Shown in pieces: positions 59,373 through 64,000 of a stretch of 64,000 bases of DNA. Source of the stretch: Monocercomonoides exilis PA203 (lineage: Eukaryota > Protista > Preaxostyla); the NCBI GenBank assembly GCA_001643675.2, contig LSRY02000001.1, forward strand, positions 310,001-374,000. Direction: 5' to 3'. The position numbers were made by a program, and so were the translations under genes. Numbering within the stretch: position 1 is the first letter of the stretch; each line of letters begins with the position of its first letter. Under the pieces are notes generated by a model, which worked only from the letters and a program-made list of their open reading frames with translations, was not told the origin of the DNA and did not search any database.

Positions 59373-62300
59373 CCATTTCTTCTTCACTGGAATCTTAAAA
59401 ATCCTCAAGATAAAGAAGAAAATGCTGAATCAGCAAAAGCAATGCAAGAGCAGTTAGATTCATTCGCTATAACATTCGAAGATTTTCGAGATGCTCTTCT
59501 TGCTTTAAATTACACAAATGAAGAGACTGTTCGGCTTGATGATCAATTTGCATTTGGAGACGAAGAAATTAAGCAAGCAACAATAAATAGATTGTTCCCA
59601 CAAAGAAATCAAGAAACTTTAAATGAACAATCAAAAGCAAATGAAGAAAAACAAAACGTGTCTGCTTCTGAACCTGAAAATGTTGAAAAAGATTCATCTA
59701 CAATAGAAAATGCTGAAAAAAATTCATGCATCGAACAGAAAGAAGAAAATTCTTCCGATTTAGAGGCGCCAACACGTTTAGCTGATGATCAAATGAATAA
59801 TGAAAAAGAATCTGAACCTGAACAGAATAATAGCGAAGAACATTCGGAACAACCTACGCAAAATAATGATGAAGTGCAAGCATTTGCTGCAATTCAAGCA
59901 AATGCTAACACAGAATCACCTGAAAGCGACCAAAAAGGTGATGAAAAGAGGGAAAGAATGGGATTAAGGGCTTTTCTGGAAAAAACTGCAACAAAAATTG
60001 TGGAAAGTTTGAAAGAAGATGATGATTCTGAAAAGAAAGAAGAGGAAAAAGGAGAACACAAAGCTTCAGACAATGAAGAAAAAACAGATTCTCCAAAAGA
60101 AACAGAAGAGAAAAAGGAAGGGGTAGAAAATGATAATGAAAAAGAGAAAGAGAAAGAGAAAGAAGAAAGCAAAGAAGAAGAAGAAGAAGAAGATAAAAGT
60201 GAAGAAAAAGAAAAAGAAGAAGAAGAAGAAGAAGAAGAAGAAGAAGAAGAAGAAGAAAAAGAAGAAGAAGAAGAAGAAGAAGAAGAAGGAAAAGAAGGAA
60301 AAGAAGGAAAAGAAGGAAAAGAAGGAAAAGAAGAAGAAGAAGAAGAAGAAGAAGAAGAAAAAGAAGAAGAAGAAGAAGAAGAAGAAGAAGGAAAAGAAGG
60401 AAAAGAAGGAAAAGAAGGAAAAGAAGGAAAAGAAGGAAAAGAAGGAAAGAAGAATGAGAAGTCAAGTGAAGAAGATGCGAATGAAAAAGGATTAGAAGAG
60501 AAGAAGAACGAAGAAGAGGATGAGAAAGAGAAAGAGAAAGAGAAAGAGAAAGAGAAAGAGAAAGAAACGAAAAAAGAAGAGGAAGAGCTAACAACTGAAG
60601 AAGCTGATGAAAAACAGAAATTGAGAGAGAACGAATCGACAGAAGAAAAGGAACAAAACAGCGAAAAGGAAAGCGAAGGAACAGAGAAAGAAGAAGAAAA
60701 GGAAGAAAAGGAAGAAAAAGAGAAAGAAGACCAAGAAGAACAGGCAGAAAAGAGTGAAAATGAGAAAGACGAGGATGAAAAACACGAAGAAAATGCAGAA
60801 AAAACCGAAGAAAAAGAAACAGATGAAAAGGAAGCTGACGAAAAGAATGTGAAAGAAGGAGAAAAGAAAGAAGGAGAAGAAAAGGAAGAGGAAGAGATAA
60901 AAGAAAATGAGAAAGAAGAGAAAGAAGAAAAAGAACCAGAGTCCAAAGAAGAGATTGAAGAAAACAAAAAGGAAGAAGAAGAAGAAGAGAAAACTGAAGA
61001 GAAGAAGGAGAAGAAGGAAGAAGTGAAGGTTGAAGAAGAGGGAAAAGAAGAAGAAGAAGAAGAAGAGGAGGAGGAGGAAGAAGAAGAAGACGAAGAAGAA
61101 GAGGAAGAAGACGAAGAAGAAGAAGAAGAGGAAAAGAAAGCGCATGAAGAATGGCTTCAGCAGCGTGTGACGGAAACAATTAGAAATATGACGCCTTTGA
61201 CACGACTGAGGTTGCACTGGTATCAATTCTATAATGAAGAGAAGGAGAAGGAGAAGGAGAAGGCGAAAGAAGAAGAGGAGAAAGAGAAGAAGAGGAAGGA
61301 AGAAAACGGAAAGGGAAAGGGAAAAGGAAAAGGCAAAGGCAAAAAGGGAGGGAAAGGGCGAAACATGAAGAAGTCAAAGGATGAAAGCTCGCCAATGCCA
61401 GCTTCATCTGCTTCGGAAGAAAGCTGTTTGGATGAAGAGAAAGAATGCACTTCTAACAGCTGTTCTGCAGAAGCGCAACAAACAGAGCAAGAATCTGTGG
61501 TGCCAATGCCATTGCAGCCAGCTGCAGCAGAAGAAGGAAAAGAAGGAGAAAGAGAGGGAGAAAGAGAAAGAGAAGCAAAAGAAGCAGAAGGAGAAGAGAG
61601 TCAAACTCCTTCTCAAACACCTTCATTACAGTCATCATCTGCTTCAGCTTCTGCCTCTGCCTCTTCTTCTTCTTCTTCTTCTTCTTCTTCCTCCTCCTCC
61701 ACTCAATCTGCGTCTTCTGGAATGGCTAGAAAGTCTTCCTCATTCTCTCTTGTGACTCCAAGAATGCAACAGCAATCTTCCTTCTCTTCTTCTTCTTCTT
61801 CTTCTTCTTCTTCTTCTTCTTCTTCTGATGCTCTTTCACCTCATTCGCCAACCACATCAACACCTTCTTCATTCTCCTCCAAGGCACCTTCGCCTTCTCC
61901 TTATTCTTCAGCATCAGCATCAGCATCTTCCTCTTCCTCTTCCTCTTCTTCCTCTGACTCCAACTGCGTTCAATCATCTTCCCAGCCCGCCATTACCCCT
62001 GGATGCGATGTGCTTGTGGATGCACTGCCTGTGTTGCAGTGGTTCTCCCTCTCAATCGTTGCTCCAAAGTTTGTGCCAAAAAAACTGAAGTTTCCACACC
62101 CGCCGCTGACACACGGGATTCAAGTTGCGCTGAACATTTTGTATTCGAACAGGAGGACGACGGAAGAGAGGGAGAAATACGAGCAGCAGATGGCGAAGAT
62201 CAAAGAAGAGAGAGAGAAAGTGGAGTTTGGGCTGGAGGAGAAGGAGCGGCTGCAGAAGGAGCGGAGGCGGAGAAGGAAAGAGCGATATGAGCAGATGAAG

Positions 62301-64000
62301 AACGACGCTGAATGCGAAGACGAGATGGAAGAAGGTAAAGACGGAGATGAGGTGATGATTGAGAGGTTGCTGATTCGGAAGATGAAGCAGCTGCAGAAGG
62401 AGGCAAACGAAGAGGCGAAGCGCAATTTCGAGCTGGAGAAGAAGAGAGAAGAGGAAGAGAAGAAGAAGAAGAGGCTGGAGAAGCAGGATGAGAAGAAGAG
62501 GAACGAGTTTCTGAAGAAGAAAGGAAGAGACGGGAATGCAAAGCCCGCATCGATCAGGTCGATTGGGCAGAAGGCGATCGACGAGGCGATGAAGAAGTTC
62601 AAAGAGCAGCAGGAGCAGAAAAGAAGGGAGAAAGAAGAGGAAGAGCTGCACAAAATATCAGTGGCGAAGAAGATGTATGGCGGGAAGCCATTGGAGATAT
62701 CGTCGTTCATTGCTTCGGATCCGAGCATCACACCAGAAGAGGTGGAAAGAAGGAGAAAGGAGAAGTTGAAGGAGAAAGGGAAAGCTAAGAAAGGAGAAGG
62801 GAATGCAAGCGAAAGTGGGGCAAGCGACAAAGCAAATGAAGAAGCAGGGCAGAAAGCCTCATCGTCTGACAGCTGCAGCGAAGGCATCCAACAAACGACT
62901 GAAAAGCCTCAAAAAGACGAAGACAAGCCAAAAGGAGAAGAGAGTTCAGAGGAAGAAAGCGACTCACAGGCAGAAAGCGAGCAGGATGAGCTGGACATAC
63001 TCATTCAGCAGCAGACGATGCTGGCGGCGGACGAAGCAAACAGCGACGAGATTGAGCAGCAGATCCCGTCAACAACTCAAACACAGCAGGACAGCCACGA
63101 AGCCAAGCAGACAGACGCCGAAAGAGGAGAAAACGACGAGATGGCAGCAAATGACAGAGAGAAATGCGAAGGGAATAATGAAGAAGGAGCAGGACAGCTG
63201 AGCCAGAGCCAGAGCCAGAGCCAGAACCAACAAGGGAACCTGTCTCAGACGCGTGCATCGCAAGGGCAAGCAGCAGCAGCTGGGCAGAAGGCGAGCCCGT
63301 CGACGTCTGTGATGTTCCTTCCCACGTCAGACGAGGAGCTGCCGCCGTTCTTCACCCGCCCGTTCAAGATGGAGGAGAAGTCGTATTCGAGAATCAGGAA
63401 GGAGAAAGAGGAGAAAAGGAAGGAGCTGGAGCAGAAATGGAGCAAGAAGGCACGCAAAGAGGAGAAAGAGAAGGAGAACAAAGGAGCTGCAGAAGCGCCA
63501 GAGGCCAAGAACTCCGCAGACATCCAGATGCACATCAAGCGGATGAGGGAAGCGTATCTGATGCGGCACCAGGGGCTGATGAAGCAGAAGCATCCAGCAC
63601 CGACTGCTTTGTCACAGGCAGCTCTTTCCAATTCTTTGTCTTCTTCACTCGATGGCACGTCTGGCTCAACAAGCTCAGAAGGAGAGAGGAGGTCGCTGAG
63701 CGACACGAGGAAGACGCGGAGCTTTGGGAAAGGAGGCAGACGGGGTGCTGAACAGGAAGGGATGAGAGACGAGGAGAAGATGAAAGAGAGGCCTGTGATT
63801 ATTGATCTGTCGATTGAAGTGGCGAAGGATGTGTTTGAGAAGATCACCCTCAGAGAAGGAGACCAGGCGTGGCGCATTGCGAGGGAACAGGCAGTGAAGC
63901 ATTCGCTGACGCTGGAAAAGAGAAAAGTGCTTCAAGACAACCTGCAGAAGTTCATATCGAAATATGAGGAGGACAAACGGGAGAGGCAAAGAGAAGAAGA
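59373..64000 (+). CDS. Very large Glu/Lys-rich coiled-coil hypothetical protein (3'-partial; absent from the ORF track, apparently because no stop falls in the window)
   Basis: After acceptor CATTAG at 59372 the frame reads PFLLHWNLKNPQDKEENAESAKAMQEQL..., then poly-E, (EGK)n, KAHEEWLQQRV..., ...ALPVLQWFSLSIVAPKF... towards the window end; frame checked only by spot translation; first exon not resolved. Confidence 0.75.

Noticed and set aside
59894-63989. Long minus-strand ORFs rich in Phe/Ser/Leu
   Set aside because: Antisense shadows of the GAA/GAG-rich plus-strand gene.

Overview
Eukaryotic, AT-rich genomic DNA read in the standard code, with short (~60 nt) GT-AG introns, poly-Ser/poly-Glu proteins and expanded lineage-specific families. 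The style resembles an oxymonad/metamonad such as Monocercomonoides (inference). Host genes flank the window: a GG-repeat beta-helix surface protein (4.3-7.4 kb), a convergent pair of three-exon paralogues (10.4-14.2 kb), a giant TmcB-like membrane protein with a C-terminal hemerythrin-like domain (51-58.7 kb) and a Glu-rich coiled-coil protein running off the end. The centre (14.3-49.8 kb) is a nested transposon cluster. It holds (i) a complete, apparently intact DIRS-type tyrosine-recombinase retrotransposon (14289-18844) with ITRs, ICR and an atypical recombinase active site; (ii) a second, degenerate DIRS-type element whose matching termini lie 30.6 kb apart (19165 and 49809); (iii) between those termini, a family of ATAT|GGG...CCC|ATAT Sola2-like DNA transposon ends that bracket 14-kb and 11-kb segments of host gene fragments. 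One of its transposases has captured a complete USP (peptidase C19) deubiquitinase domain in frame. Two TA-flanked long-TIR foldback elements also lie in the cluster. All calls come from reading the sequence by eye; no database searches were run.
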